A DNA stretch of 64,000 nucleotides. Source: Desulfuromonas sp. (lineage in GTDB: Bacteria; Desulfobacterota; Desulfuromonadia; Desulfuromonadales; Desulfuromonadaceae). This document shows positions 1-9,960 of the stretch, in pieces. The notes beneath the pieces are model-generated. The model was not told the origin of the DNA. It did no database searches and saw only the letters and a list, made by a program, of their open reading frames with translations. Numbering within the stretch: the first letter of the stretch is position 1; each line of letters starts with the position of its first letter. Location: positions 11,476-75,475 of the forward strand of contig JAGGYC010000113.1 in NCBI GenBank assembly GCA_021162745.1, written 5' to 3'. Both the position numbers and the translations under genes were made by a program.

Positions 1-460
1 ATTGTTCCGGAAAACGCAAATCATAGCAGATGGCGAGGCCGAGGCGGCCGACGGAGGTGTCGGCAATTTTGCAGTGTTGACCAGCAGCGAGAAAACGATC
101 TTCTCCCATGTTTGAGAACAGGTGCAGCTTGCGATAAGACCCCGCCGGCTTCCCCTTGTCGATAACGTAGAGGGTGTTGTACAAAGCGTCTCCCTCAATT
201 TCCGGCAGACTACCCACAATCACCACCTCCTTTTCGAGCGAGAGTGTCTGTAGTGCCAGCAAGACGCGCGGAGTCTGCTCTGCCCACTGTGCGAGGTGAC
301 GGTAATCATAGCCACTGCTCCACATTTCTGGAAGTACAACCAGCTGCGCACCACGCGCGGCGGCACGTGTAATTCCGGCGCAGGCGGTTGCGAGGTTTTT
401 ATCGACGTCACCGAGGGTTATATTGAACTGGACGATGGCTGTGGTTAACGATTCGGTCAT
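1..460 (-). CDS. Carbon-nitrogen hydrolase (nitrilase/amidase family), 5' part only; runs off the window start
   Basis: Not in the ORF track. Manual translation from ATG at 460 gives MTESLTTAIVQFNITLGD...LVVLPEMW...YRKLHLF...GLAICYDLRFPE, containing the Glu-Lys-Cys triad motifs of the family. Confidence 0.9.
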   Translation of the reverse strand, partial: MTESLTTAIVQFNITLGDVDKNLATACAGITRAAARGAQLVVLPEMWSSGYDYRHLAQWAEQTPRVLLALQTLSLEKEVVIVGSLPEIEGDALYNTLYVIDKGKPAGSYRKLHLFSNMGEDRFLAAGQHCKIADTSVGRLGLAICYDLRFPEQ

Positions 461-488
461 GGTGTTTTATCCAATCATTGGTTAGCTG

Positions 489-648
489 TGATGGCGTTGC
501 AAAAAGTCCGCTCGGTAGAGTAGCGTTTTTTCAAGACCTCGACATACAACATGTATGCCTTCATCCTTGAAAAATACTACGCCCCACAAGTGTACTTGTC
601 GGTCGAAATTTTTGCTTAGCCATCTTATTTGTTTTTGCGAAACCATCA
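489..648. repeat. MITE-like structured intergenic element with imperfect terminal inverted repeats
   Basis: Left end (T)GATGGCGTTGCAAAAAG at 489. Two right-end-like copies read GATGGCTAAGCAAAAA (ends 624) and TGATGGTTTCGCAAAAA (ends 648) on the minus strand. Internal arms 520-535 and 566-580 pair imperfectly. Non-coding. Confidence 0.55.
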
Positions 649-1266
649 GCTATAAATCGAAGATAGTGCCCCTGTTTGTGGACATTGAGAGTTGCCTGAC
701 AGGCCAAGGGTTAAATGGTCGATTGCAGTATAGCTCAGGATAATTGCCTACTGCAAGCTGTAGAGGGCTTGTAAAGATGCAATGCGGTGTTGATTTGTTT
801 GCTCTTGTTTCTTCATGGGTTGATATTTTCATCACAAAAGCATCAGAAACTAACAAATAAGAGGTTCGGGCGGTTGACGCTCGGAAAGCACGGTGCTATA
901 AAGTGTGTGCTATTTTCATTGTTTCGGTACGCTAGTTCAAAACTATGGACTTTAGCTCAAGTTTTTAGTAGCTACTCATGTATACGGTTTTGTATGGTTT
1001 TGACTGTTGGCTTTGATCTTAGGGACTTTTAGTCCCGATTTGAACCTATGCACTTTAGTACATCAGTTGTTCAGTTAATCCTTGTTGCAAAGTAATAAGT
1101 GGTATGGGCAGCACTGTCAGTCGGAGGTGATTGTCTCGTTGGGGTAGAAATAACTGGTGGGTGAGAAACAGGTAACGTCGAACAGAAGCTGATTAAGTAT
1201 TATGTAAGTCTTGGACTTTATTTAGACTATGTTCGGCACAATTAAAACTCGGGGGAGATTTAGATT

Positions 1267-2592
1267 ATGGTTGAACATGATGCTGGGCATATGCCCTTAA
1301 TCATTTCATGTGTCATTTTTGTGATTACGTTTGCGCTTATTTTGACCGAGCGTATTCACAGGACTGTTATTGGATTGTTTGGTGCAGTAGTAATGGTTAG
1401 TGCGGGGATGATTTTTGATTTTTATCATCCTGCAAGTGCTCTCCATGCCATTGATTTTAACACGATTGGCTTGCTGCTGGGCATGATGATCATTGTTGCG
1501 ATATTGGAGCAAACGGGTTTCTTCCAATATTTAGCGATACTTGCAGCGAAAAAAACCAAGGGTGATCCCTGGAAGCTTGTGATTGTTATGGGTACCGTCA
1601 CCACGCTGGTTTCGTTGATTCTTGACAACGTAACGACGGTTGTCTTGATCGCTCCGGTAACAATTATCATTGCGCGTCTGCTCAAAATCAGTGCGGTTCC
1701 CATCCTGATGTCGGAAGCATTGCTCTCCGATACCGGTGGTGTTGCAACCCTGGTTGGTGATCCGCCAAACATCATGATTGGTAGCGCCGCGGGTTTTACC
1801 TTTAACGATTTTATCTTTCATATTACCCCGATTGTTATCGCTGCATGGTTTGTAACCCTGGTTGTTCTGAAGTTTGTTTTTAAGAAGGAACTCGCAATCC
1901 CTCCGAAGAATATTGACAAGCTGATGAAGATGAATGAAAAAGACGCCCTGACGGACATCAAAACCTGCAAGATTATTCTTGGGGTACTATGTTTGGTTAC
2001 CGGGCTGTTCTTTGTTCATCACACTTTCCACATGCCACCATCCATGGTGGCCCTTATTGGTGCGGCCTTGGCGTTGTTACTGGTTTCACCTAAAAAAGAT
2101 CCCCAGCCTATTCTCGAAAAAGTTGAGTGGAGCGTGCTGCTGTTCTTTGCCGCGCTGTTCATTATTGTCGGCGGTCTGGAGCACGCCGGCGTTATTGACA
2201 TCCTCGCTAACAAAATGGCGGGCCTTGCCAGCGGTAACATCGTGGTTGCGGCGATCTCCATTATGTGGATTTCCGCCATTGCATCGGCGGCGGTGGATAA
2301 TATCCCCTTCACTATGGCGATGATTCCGGTTATTGCACATTTGGAGACACAGGGTATTCCGACCAATATTCTGTGGTGGTCTCTGGCCCTTGGTGTTGGT
2401 TTCGGTGGCAATGGTACACCTATTGGTTCTACGGCAAATGTTGTCGTCGTTGCTAAGAGTGAGCAGACAGACGATCCCATCACCTTCATGCGCTGGTTCA
2501 AGTCGGGCAGTGCGGCGATGATCGCGACCTGTTTTGTTGCTATGGCAGCTATTGCCTTTTTCCCGCATTGGTTGGAAGGTCCTTATCGTTAA
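1267..2592 (+). CDS. ArsB/NhaD-family (IT superfamily, SLC13-like) membrane permease
   Basis: 441 aa, highly hydrophobic; repeat motifs LDNVTTV / ATLVGDPPNIMIG and VDNIPFT / GGNGTPIGSTANVV. Confidence 0.85.
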   Translation: MVEHDAGHMPLIISCVIFVITFALILTERIHRTVIGLFGAVVMVSAGMIFDFYHPASALHAIDFNTIGLLLGMMIIVAILEQTGFFQYLAILAAKKTKGDPWKLVIVMGTVTTLVSLILDNVTTVVLIAPVTIIIARLLKISAVPILMSEALLSDTGGVATLVGDPPNIMIGSAAGFTFNDFIFHITPIVIAAWFVTLVVLKFVFKKELAIPPKNIDKLMKMNEKDALTDIKTCKIILGVLCLVTGLFFVHHTFHMPPSMVALIGAALALLLVSPKKDPQPILEKVEWSVLLFFAALFIIVGGLEHAGVIDILANKMAGLASGNIVVAAISIMWISAIASAAVDNIPFTMAMIPVIAHLETQGIPTNILWWSLALGVGFGGNGTPIGSTANVVVVAKSEQTDDPITFMRWFKSGSAAMIATCFVAMAAIAFFPHWLEGPYR

Positions 2593-2688
2593 GGGAAATT
2601 GACGATGGGATTAAATGGGCATAAAATACAATATGTTGATTTTATGGATAGCTCCGAACCACAGCTGAACAACAGGAGGGACGAATAG

Positions 2689-4152
2689 ATGGATAGAAGA
2701 ATTCGGGACATAATGATAGAGCCTGTTCTTATAGGTAATGATGTATCGTTTATTGAAGTTTTAAGAAAAATGATATGCACCAAGACCAACTCACTGCTGG
2801 TTGTTAATAAATTGGGAGTTTTGGTTGGTCGGGTGCAATCCCTCGACCTGCTTTGGCAGATTAAGCCCGGCTATCTCGATTCAGAGTTTGCGGCACTCAC
2901 CGCGCACTTTGTTGATGAAGATAGCTTTAAAGATGCTTGTGTGGAATCACAGAACATTCCACTTGAGCAATTTATGGAGAAAAATCCTAAAACGGTTAGT
3001 CCGGATACCCCGTTGATGGAAGCGGCAATGATCGCCATTGAAGATAAGCACGCACGGATTCCGGTTGTTGATAAAAATAATGTTCCGGTAGGTATTGTAA
3101 CGCGGACCGAGTTGAAGAAAATGATGGGTTACTACCTGGAATTGGGTGATTGCGTTGAAGGTGTGCGCGAGACTTTTTCTCTTGGTACCGGTAAGTCGGA
3201 GCCTCTGACGACGCTGTTGTTGCCGTTGGCCGGCAATGATATTGACAAGCGAATTGTTAAGTTTGCCGGTTGTCTTGCTGCCGCTCTGGTCGATCGCGCC
3301 CAGAGTATGACGATGCTTCACGTAACAGGTGAAGGTTTCCTTAAGCGTCACCTCGACAAGGCAGCTAGTCGTCGAGTTAAGGGTGCCATTGTTGAGAGTG
3401 GTATTTTCCAGAATTCCCGCAAGCGGCAAATTGCTGAAGTTGTCCAACCGATGCTCGACAATACAGAAGCCGACTTGAAGGGCTACGGTGTCACCTGTCC
3501 TGTACGACAGAAGGTTGTTGATGGTGATTATGCGCAGCAGATTCTACAGGTCGCCCATGAGGGTGGTTTCTCAACGATTGTGATGGGTCGTCGTGGCCTC
3601 TCACTGGTCAGTGAGATTTTCAAAGGTAGCGTCAGTGCAGAGGTATTGCACCAGCCTTATGGCGGCGCTATTTACATTGTTGGCGAGAAGTTCACCGCTG
3701 AAGGGCAATGCCCGGTTTCCAAGATTTTGATTCCGGTGGATGGTTCATCCTATGCTCTGGCCGCTGTTCAGGAAGCTGCCGCTCTGTCTAGTCAGCTGGG
3801 TTCAAACATCGCTTCCATTGACCTGCTGCGGGTTATTGATATCAGCAAGAATCCTGAAAAAACAGCGGAGCTGGATCAGGACGCTGAGCGGGTACTCAAT
3901 GAGGCACGCCAGATTTTGTTGGATGCTGGTGTTGACGAGCAGAAGATTGTTTCTCGTGCGCATTATGGTACACCCGCTGACTCCATTCTGGCGACTTCTG
4001 TTGAAACCGACGCGAATCTGATTATGATTGGTCGTCGCGGTCGCTCTGCAGCCAAGGAGTTGTTGATGGGTAGCGTCAGTAGTGCTGTTCTCCATCGCTG
4101 TGGTGGCTCAACCGTGGCCATCATCTCCAGCCCGGTGGATCACGCTGAATAG
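2689..4152 (+). CDS. CBS-pair plus tandem universal stress protein (USP-USP) fusion
   Basis: N-terminal CBS motifs (LLVVNKLGVLVG; RIPVVDKNNVPVGIVT), then two USP domains, each with G-x-x-G-x9-G-S-V (MGRRG...KGSVS; IGRRG...MGSVS). Confidence 0.8.
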   Translation: MDRRIRDIMIEPVLIGNDVSFIEVLRKMICTKTNSLLVVNKLGVLVGRVQSLDLLWQIKPGYLDSEFAALTAHFVDEDSFKDACVESQNIPLEQFMEKNPKTVSPDTPLMEAAMIAIEDKHARIPVVDKNNVPVGIVTRTELKKMMGYYLELGDCVEGVRETFSLGTGKSEPLTTLLLPLAGNDIDKRIVKFAGCLAAALVDRAQSMTMLHVTGEGFLKRHLDKAASRRVKGAIVESGIFQNSRKRQIAEVVQPMLDNTEADLKGYGVTCPVRQKVVDGDYAQQILQVAHEGGFSTIVMGRRGLSLVSEIFKGSVSAEVLHQPYGGAIYIVGEKFTAEGQCPVSKILIPVDGSSYALAAVQEAAALSSQLGSNIASIDLLRVIDISKNPEKTAELDQDAERVLNEARQILLDAGVDEQKIVSRAHYGTPADSILATSVETDANLIMIGRRGRSAAKELLMGSVSSAVLHRCGGSTVAIISSPVDHAE

Positions 4153-4179
4153 TATTTTGGCTTCATAGCTGTATATATC

Positions 4180-4214
4180 AGGCGCCGACTGTGTCATTAT
4201 GGTCGGCGCCTTTT
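4180..4214 (+). terminator. Probable intrinsic terminator after the CBS-USP gene
   Basis: Stem AGGCGCCGAC / GTCGGCGCCT followed by TTTATTT. Confidence 0.6.
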
Positions 4215-4256
4215 ATTTGTTCCGTACCACTGATAAGAGAGAAGTTTGCCAAAGAG

Positions 4257-4745
4257 ATGCCTACAGTAAATGAAGATAAAAAAAGTGTTAAAAGATTATC
4301 CATCCTTTTGGTGTTGATTGCTGGAATCATTATCGGGCTGTACGCTACGTGGAATGTTTATCGTGGCTATGTGTCGCAATCATGGCCGGCGACAGAAGGT
4401 GTTATTGTCGATTCCTTTCTGGCGGGCAGCACCCGCATCATCGGTCGTAAAGCGTTTTTAAAGTATGCATATTCTGTCGATGAACAACGCTATATTGGCC
4501 GATTAATTTCTTATACTTGGAAATGCGTTGATTACCATGGCGCGATTGAAATTATGCGTGCTTATCCCATCGATCAACAGGTCTTAGTCTACTATGACCC
4601 CGATAATCCGGATAAAGCGGTGCTGCGCACTGAGCTGTCCGGGCGCATTGGCTGGTTATTTGTGCTCAGTACTTTGACTATTCTAATTGCTCTGCGGGGT
4701 TTGCAGTGGCAATCGTTGAAAAGTCAGGATCACTTGACGGAATAG
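4257..4745 (+). CDS. DUF3592-like membrane protein
   Basis: TM-WPATEGVIVDS...YAYSVDEQRY...VYYDPDNPDKAVL-TM pattern. ATG 4257 preferred over GTG 4191, which lies inside the terminator hairpin. Confidence 0.7.
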   Translation: MPTVNEDKKSVKRLSILLVLIAGIIIGLYATWNVYRGYVSQSWPATEGVIVDSFLAGSTRIIGRKAFLKYAYSVDEQRYIGRLISYTWKCVDYHGAIEIMRAYPIDQQVLVYYDPDNPDKAVLRTELSGRIGWLFVLSTLTILIALRGLQWQSLKSQDHLTE

Positions 4746-4872
4746 TTGAATGTTGCGGAGTTTTTGTGGCGCCGGTCTCCTTTTGGATTCCGGCGTTGTT
4801 ATATTTTGGCGTGTACTTTTCATCCGTTATGGAGTCGCCTGACGTGTCTTGGGCGTTAAGGGGCGGGGCTTG

Positions 4873-6003
4873 ATGTCTGCATTGTATCTACATATTCCCT
4901 TTTGTTTAAGCAAGTGTCCCTATTGCGACTTTTATTCGCGTATTCCGCAGTCTGGTGATATTGAGCGCTACGTTGACGCTCTTTGCTTAGATTTAGAGCG
5001 CAGTCGCGCCCACTATTTAGGTGGTAAATTTAGCAGCGTCTTTTTTGGTGGTGGCACGCCGTCACTGTTAAATGCGCATCAGGTTGCGCGTTTACTCAAG
5101 GTGGCTGAGCGTTGTTATGGTTTTGAACGTGAGGTGGAAATTACTCTGGAAGCGAACCCTGGAACCTTAACAGCTCAGCAACTGTCGGGTTTTCGTCAGG
5201 CAGGGGTGAACCGCTTGTCTCTGGGAGTGCAATCCCTTGATGACAAACAGTTGGCGTGGTTGGGTCGACGCCACAGTTCACAGCAGGCCATCGCCGCTGT
5301 CGAGATGGCGCGTTGCGCCGGTTTTGATCGATTAAGCCTGGATTTAATGTTTGCGCTGCCATTGCAAAGTTTGGCGGATTTAAAGGCACAATGTCAACGG
5401 ATACGGCAGTTGTCTCCCGAGCATTTATCTATTTATGGGTTGACGGTTGAGTCGGGAACACCATTCGCTGCGCAACAGCAAGCAGGGTTGTGGCAACTGC
5501 CGGATGAGGAAGCGTATCGCGACGCTTATCTGTATCTGCATGAGCAATTAACGTCATCCGCTTATGAACACTATGAAATCTCCAACTTTGCCCAATCGCA
5601 GCAGCGCTGTCGCCATAATTACAGTTACTGGCAACGTCAACCTTATCTTGGTGTCGGTGCCGGGGCGCATAGTTTTTTCGCTAACCGCTACGGCGAACGT
5701 TGGGCATGCACCGATTCTGTCGACGCATATTATTCGGCTATTGATGGGCAGGAATCGCCACGTTGGCGTATTGAGACTTTTACTAAGCCGCAGGCGATGG
5801 CTGAGGCTGTTTATCTGGCTTTACGCTGTAAGGATGGTCTCGATGTGCAGCGCTTTGAAAAGCGTTATGCAATGAACTTTGTACAGCATTTTAGCGGAGC
5901 GCTCAAGCGCTGCGGTGCGCATGTTACACTACGGGATGGGCGTTGCTCGCTGGATGTTGAAGGGTGGTTGCTGTTCAATTATTTGATAGAAGATTTTCTG
6001 TAA
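4873..6003 (+). CDS. hemW: Radical SAM heme chaperone HemW (HemN-like)
   Basis: LYLHIPFCLSKCPYCDF (CxxxCxxC), FGGGTPS, YEISNF; conserved position upstream of hrcA. ATG 4873 chosen as start. Confidence 0.9.
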   Translation: MSALYLHIPFCLSKCPYCDFYSRIPQSGDIERYVDALCLDLERSRAHYLGGKFSSVFFGGGTPSLLNAHQVARLLKVAERCYGFEREVEITLEANPGTLTAQQLSGFRQAGVNRLSLGVQSLDDKQLAWLGRRHSSQQAIAAVEMARCAGFDRLSLDLMFALPLQSLADLKAQCQRIRQLSPEHLSIYGLTVESGTPFAAQQQAGLWQLPDEEAYRDAYLYLHEQLTSSAYEHYEISNFAQSQQRCRHNYSYWQRQPYLGVGAGAHSFFANRYGERWACTDSVDAYYSAIDGQESPRWRIETFTKPQAMAEAVYLALRCKDGLDVQRFEKRYAMNFVQHFSGALKRCGAHVTLRDGRCSLDVEGWLLFNYLIEDFL

Positions 6004-6032
6004 TTGCAGGGTGTTTTTTGCAGCTGAGCCCC

Positions 6033-6061
6033 TTGACAAAGGGGGGGACCGTTGTTATCTT
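6033..6061 (+). promoter_or_regulatory. Sigma70-type promoter of the hrcA-grpE-dnaK-dnaJ operon
   Basis: TTGACA (6033-6038), 17 bp, TATCTT (6056-6061) with an extended -10 TG; immediately upstream of CIRCE. Confidence 0.75.
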
Positions 6062-6069
6062 CTCAATTG

Positions 6070-6096
6070 TTAGCACTCACGCATCAGGAGTGCTAA
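6070..6096 (+). promoter_or_regulatory. CIRCE element (HrcA operator)
   Basis: Exact consensus TTAGCACTC-N9(ACGCATCAG)-GAGTGCTAA. Confidence 0.97.
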
Positions 6097-6155
6097 GTGT
6101 GAATGTCAGCCGGCTTGTCCGGCTTGTTGTTTTTTTACCTGTTGGAGCGCTGGTC

Positions 6156-7193
6156 GTGGAACTTAATGAGCGCAGTCTGAGCATACTGGAAGCGATTGTC
6201 GAAGGGCATATTGCCTCCGGGGAACCGATGGGTTCACGCACCATTGCCAAGCAGCAGAAGTTGCCGCTGTCACCGGCCACCGTGCGTAATGTGATGTCCG
6301 ACCTGGAAGAGATGGGTTATATCGTCTCTCCCCATACCTCTGCCGGGCGGGTGCCGACGGACAAGGGTTATCGCTTTTATGTCGATACGCTGCTTCAGGT
6401 ACGCAATCTGAGCGCTCAGGAGCGCCATAATATCGAGAGTCACTGTCAGGGCGGTAATCTGCGCACCCAGGAACTGCTTAAGCAGGCCGGACGTATTTTG
6501 TCCAACATGTCCAGTTATACCGGCATTGTTCTGGCGCCGCGCTTTACCTCGACGGTTTTTCGTCATATTGAGTTTCTTCCTCTGTCTCAGGGGCGGTTGT
6601 TGGTGATTTTTGTGTCGCGTTCCGGGCTGGTGCAGAACAAGATTATCGAAGTCGATGGTGCCATGCCGACGGCCGGCGAACTGGAGCAGATTACCAACTA
6701 TCTCAACAACTCTTTGAATGGATTGACCATTCAGGAGGTGCGGTCACACATTGTCGATCAGATGTTGGAAGAACAGGCGCTGTATGACCAGATGCTCAGC
6801 CACGCCCTGACTTTTTCCAGTGAGATTTTCAGCGCTGATGTTGAGGACGATGTGATCATCGAAGGGGTGGCCAATGTTTTCAACCAACCGGAATTTTCCA
6901 ACATTGATTGCATGAAACGGTTGTTCAAGGCCTTTGAGCGTAAGCATGACCTGATCGATCTGCTGGATAAAAGCCAGCAGGCGGAAGGGGTACAGATATA
7001 TATCGGTAGTCAATCGGAGTATCAAGAGTTTGAGGGTTGTAGTTTAATTACGGCGAACTACTCGAATGGCAAGCAGACTCTTGGTAGTCTGGGAGTGATC
7101 GGTCCAAGTCGGATGGCGTATTCCCAGGTGGTTCCGGTGGTGGATTACACAGCGCGGCTGGTGAGCCGTGCCTTGGAAATAGAGTCAGAATAG
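6156..7193 (+). CDS. hrcA: Heat-inducible transcription repressor HrcA
   Basis: ERSLSILEAIVE...EPMGSRTI...SPATVRNVMSDLEEMGY..PHTSAGRVPTDKGYRFYVD. GTG 6156 with GGAG upstream; the ORF-track start at 5964 would overlap hemW and CIRCE. Confidence 0.95.
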   Translation: MELNERSLSILEAIVEGHIASGEPMGSRTIAKQQKLPLSPATVRNVMSDLEEMGYIVSPHTSAGRVPTDKGYRFYVDTLLQVRNLSAQERHNIESHCQGGNLRTQELLKQAGRILSNMSSYTGIVLAPRFTSTVFRHIEFLPLSQGRLLVIFVSRSGLVQNKIIEVDGAMPTAGELEQITNYLNNSLNGLTIQEVRSHIVDQMLEEQALYDQMLSHALTFSSEIFSADVEDDVIIEGVANVFNQPEFSNIDCMKRLFKAFERKHDLIDLLDKSQQAEGVQIYIGSQSEYQEFEGCSLITANYSNGKQTLGSLGVIGPSRMAYSQVVPVVDYTARLVSRALEIESE

Positions 7194-7200
7194 GAGAAAT

Positions 7201-7836
7201 TTGACGGTGTCAAAAATGAAAAATCCTGAAGTTAAAGAGCAGCAACCTGTAGAAGAGGCCATCGAGCGAGAAGTTGGGCAGGCTGTAGAGCAGGAACCGG
7301 TAGTGGCAGAGGAAACGACAGAAGAACCTTCGCCGGAAGCTGTGTTGCAGGCGGAGTTGACAGCGAGTCGCGAAGAGGCTGAGAAGCACAAGGATCTTTA
7401 TCTTCGTAATCGTGCCGAAAACGAAAATTTCCGTCGTCGCATGCAGCGTGAAAAAGAGGAGTTGTGCAAGTTTGCCAATGAATCGATTCTGCGTGAAGTG
7501 TTGCCGGTGATCGACAATCTGGAACGCGCTGTGGCCCATGCCCGTGAAAATGAGGGGGATGCCGCCAATCTGATCGAGGGTGTCGAAATGACCCTCAGTC
7601 AATTTCAGAGTGTGCTGGGTAAGTTTAATGTTACCCCTGTTGAGGCCAAGGGCCAGCCTTTCGATTCTGCCTGTCATGAGGCCATGGGGCAGTTGGAGAG
7701 CGATGAGTGCGCACCGAATACCGTTGTCGAGGTGCTGCAGGGCGGTTACATGTTCAACAATCGCCTGTTGCGTCCGGCACTGGTGATGGTGTCCAAGGCG
7801 GTAGCGGAAGCCGAAACTAAAACCGACGAAAATTAA
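7201..7836 (+). CDS. grpE: Nucleotide exchange factor GrpE
   Basis: AENENFRRR, LPVIDNLERA, FDSACHEA, GYMFNNRLLRPALVMV; between hrcA and dnaK. TTG start after AGGAG (alternative ATG 7216). Confidence 0.95.
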   Translation: MTVSKMKNPEVKEQQPVEEAIEREVGQAVEQEPVVAEETTEEPSPEAVLQAELTASREEAEKHKDLYLRNRAENENFRRRMQREKEELCKFANESILREVLPVIDNLERAVAHARENEGDAANLIEGVEMTLSQFQSVLGKFNVTPVEAKGQPFDSACHEAMGQLESDECAPNTVVEVLQGGYMFNNRLLRPALVMVSKAVAEAETKTDEN

Positions 7837-7869
7837 ACACATATTTCAACCCGATAAGGAGAAATTGTC

Positions 7870-9789
7870 ATGGGTAAAGTCATTGGAATCGATTTAGGAA
7901 CCACCAACTCTTGTGTCTCAGTTATGGAAGCCGGCGAGCCGACTGTTATTGCTAATGCCGAGGGATCACGCACTACCCCGTCAATGGTGGCTTTTGCTGA
8001 AAACGGCGAACGACTGGTTGGCCAACAGGCCAAGCGCCAAGCAGTCACCAACCCCGAAAACACTCTGTTTGCCATCAAGCGTCTCATCGGTCGCAAGTTT
8101 GACTCCGAGGCGGTAAAAAGAGATATCGAGATCAGCCCGTTCAATATTGTCAAGGCCGACAACGGCGATGCCTGGGTCGAAGCACGCGGCAAGCAGTACA
8201 GTGCGCCGGAGATCTCGGCTATGGTGCTGCAGAAGATGAAGCAGGCGGCCAGCGACTATCTGGGCGAGGATGTGACCGAAGCGGTTATTACCGTTCCTGC
8301 TTATTTCAACGATTCCCAGCGTCAAGCGACCAAGGATGCCGGTAAGATTGCCGGTCTTGAGGTGTTGCGTATCATCAACGAGCCGACGGCTGCTGCACTG
8401 GCTTACGGCATGGATAAAGAAGTCGAAGAGAAGATTGCTGTCTTTGACCTCGGCGGCGGTACGTTTGATGTGTCGATTCTTGAACTTGGCGATGGTGTGT
8501 TTGAGGTCAAATCCACCAACGGTGATACGTTTCTTGGTGGTGAGGACTTTGATCAACGTATCATTGATTACATTGCCGATGAGTTCAACAAAGAGCAGGG
8601 CATTGATCTGCGTGGCGACAAAATGGCTCTACAGCGGCTGAAAGAAGCGGCGGAAAAGGCCAAGTGTGAGTTGTCGACCTCCATGGAGACCGACATCAAC
8701 CTGCCATTCATCACTGCTGACCAAACCGGTCCCAAGCACATGAATCTGAAACTGAGCCGTGCCAAGCTGGAGAGTATTTGTGGCGATCTGTTGAGCAAGC
8801 TCGAAGCACCGTGCCGCACCGCTCTTAAGGATGCCGGCTTGTCCGCTTCCGATATCGACGAAGTGATCCTGGTTGGTGGTATGATTCGTATGCCTGCCGT
8901 TCAGGAGAAGGTTCAAGCGATCTTCGGCAAAGCGCCGAACAAGGGTGTTAACCCTGATGAGGTTGTTTCCATCGGTGCTGCCATTCAGGGTGGCGTTCTC
9001 AAAGGCGACGTTAAAGACGTGTTGTTGCTGGACGTTACGCCACTCTCTCTGGGGATCGAAACCCTCGGTGGCGTGTTGACCAAACTGATCGAAAAGAACA
9101 CCACCATCCCGTGCAAGAAGAGCCAGATCTTCTCCACTGCCGCTGACAATCAGCCGGCGGTATCGGTTCACGTTCTGCAAGGTGAGCGCGAGATGGCTAC
9201 GGACAACAAGACCATTGGTCGTTTCGAGTTGACCGACATTCCACCGGCACCACGCGGTGTGCCTCAGGTTGAGGTTACCTTTGACCTCGATGCCAACGGC
9301 ATCATTAGTGTTTCAGCTAAGGATATGGGTACCGGCAAAGAGCAGTCGATCAAGATTACCGCCTCCTCCGGTCTGAGCGATGACGAGATCGAAAAGATGG
9401 TCAAGGACGCTGAGCTGCACTCTGACGAGGACAAGAAGAAGCGTGAGCTGATCGAAGCTCGTAACCAGGCCGATAGCCTGGTGTACAGTACAGAGAAGTC
9501 TCTCAAGGATCATGGGGACAAAGTCGATGCTGAAACCAAGACCAACATCGAAGCCGCTCTAGAAGAGTTGAAGAAGGTGATGGAGGGTGATGACGCTGAA
9601 GCGATAAACAAGGCGGTTGAAGCCTTGGCTCAAGCGTCACACAAACTGGCCGAGGCGATGTACTCCCAAGCCCAGCAGGAAGCTGGTGCCGAGGGTAGTG
9701 AGGGCGCTGGCCCGGAAGCGGCTGCTGAAGGTGACGACGATGTTGTCGATGCTGAGTTCGAAGAAGTGGACGACGATAAAAAGAAATAA
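7870..9789 (+). CDS. dnaK: Chaperone DnaK (Hsp70)
   Basis: [37 protein letters not shown]; 639 aa. Confidence 0.99.
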   Translation: MGKVIGIDLGTTNSCVSVMEAGEPTVIANAEGSRTTPSMVAFAENGERLVGQQAKRQAVTNPENTLFAIKRLIGRKFDSEAVKRDIEISPFNIVKADNGDAWVEARGKQYSAPEISAMVLQKMKQAASDYLGEDVTEAVITVPAYFNDSQRQATKDAGKIAGLEVLRIINEPTAAALAYGMDKEVEEKIAVFDLGGGTFDVSILELGDGVFEVKSTNGDTFLGGEDFDQRIIDYIADEFNKEQGIDLRGDKMALQRLKEAAEKAKCELSTSMETDINLPFITADQTGPKHMNLKLSRAKLESICGDLLSKLEAPCRTALKDAGLSASDIDEVILVGGMIRMPAVQEKVQAIFGKAPNKGVNPDEVVSIGAAIQGGVLKGDVKDVLLLDVTPLSLGIETLGGVLTKLIEKNTTIPCKKSQIFSTAADNQPAVSVHVLQGEREMATDNKTIGRFELTDIPPAPRGVPQVEVTFDLDANGIISVSAKDMGTGKEQSIKITASSGLSDDEIEKMVKDAELHSDEDKKKRELIEARNQADSLVYSTEKSLKDHGDKVDAETKTNIEAALEELKKVMEGDDAEAINKAVEALAQASHKLAEAMYSQAQQEAGAEGSEGAGPEAAAEGDDDVVDAEFEEVDDDKKK

Positions 9790-9960
9790 TCACTGCTTAA
9801 GTGATTCATAAGTCGGGGCTGCCATGCAGCCCCGATACCATTTGACCGGGGCGTAATCGTCTCTGGTTTTTGTTGTAGCTTGGTTTTATGAGTAAACGGT
9901 GGATGAAGAGTGCTATTCGCCGCCGGGTACTAACGGATCCAGGTGTAAAGGAAACATATT

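Noticed and set aside
650-1260. Small ORFs or a cation riboswitch in the AT-rich leader of the permease
   Set aside because: The ORFs lack RBS and coding character; I recognised no riboswitch consensus.
5964-6155. N-terminal extension of HrcA in the ORF track
   Set aside because: Would overlap hemW and run through the promoter and CIRCE; GTG 6156 has an RBS and gives a normal length.
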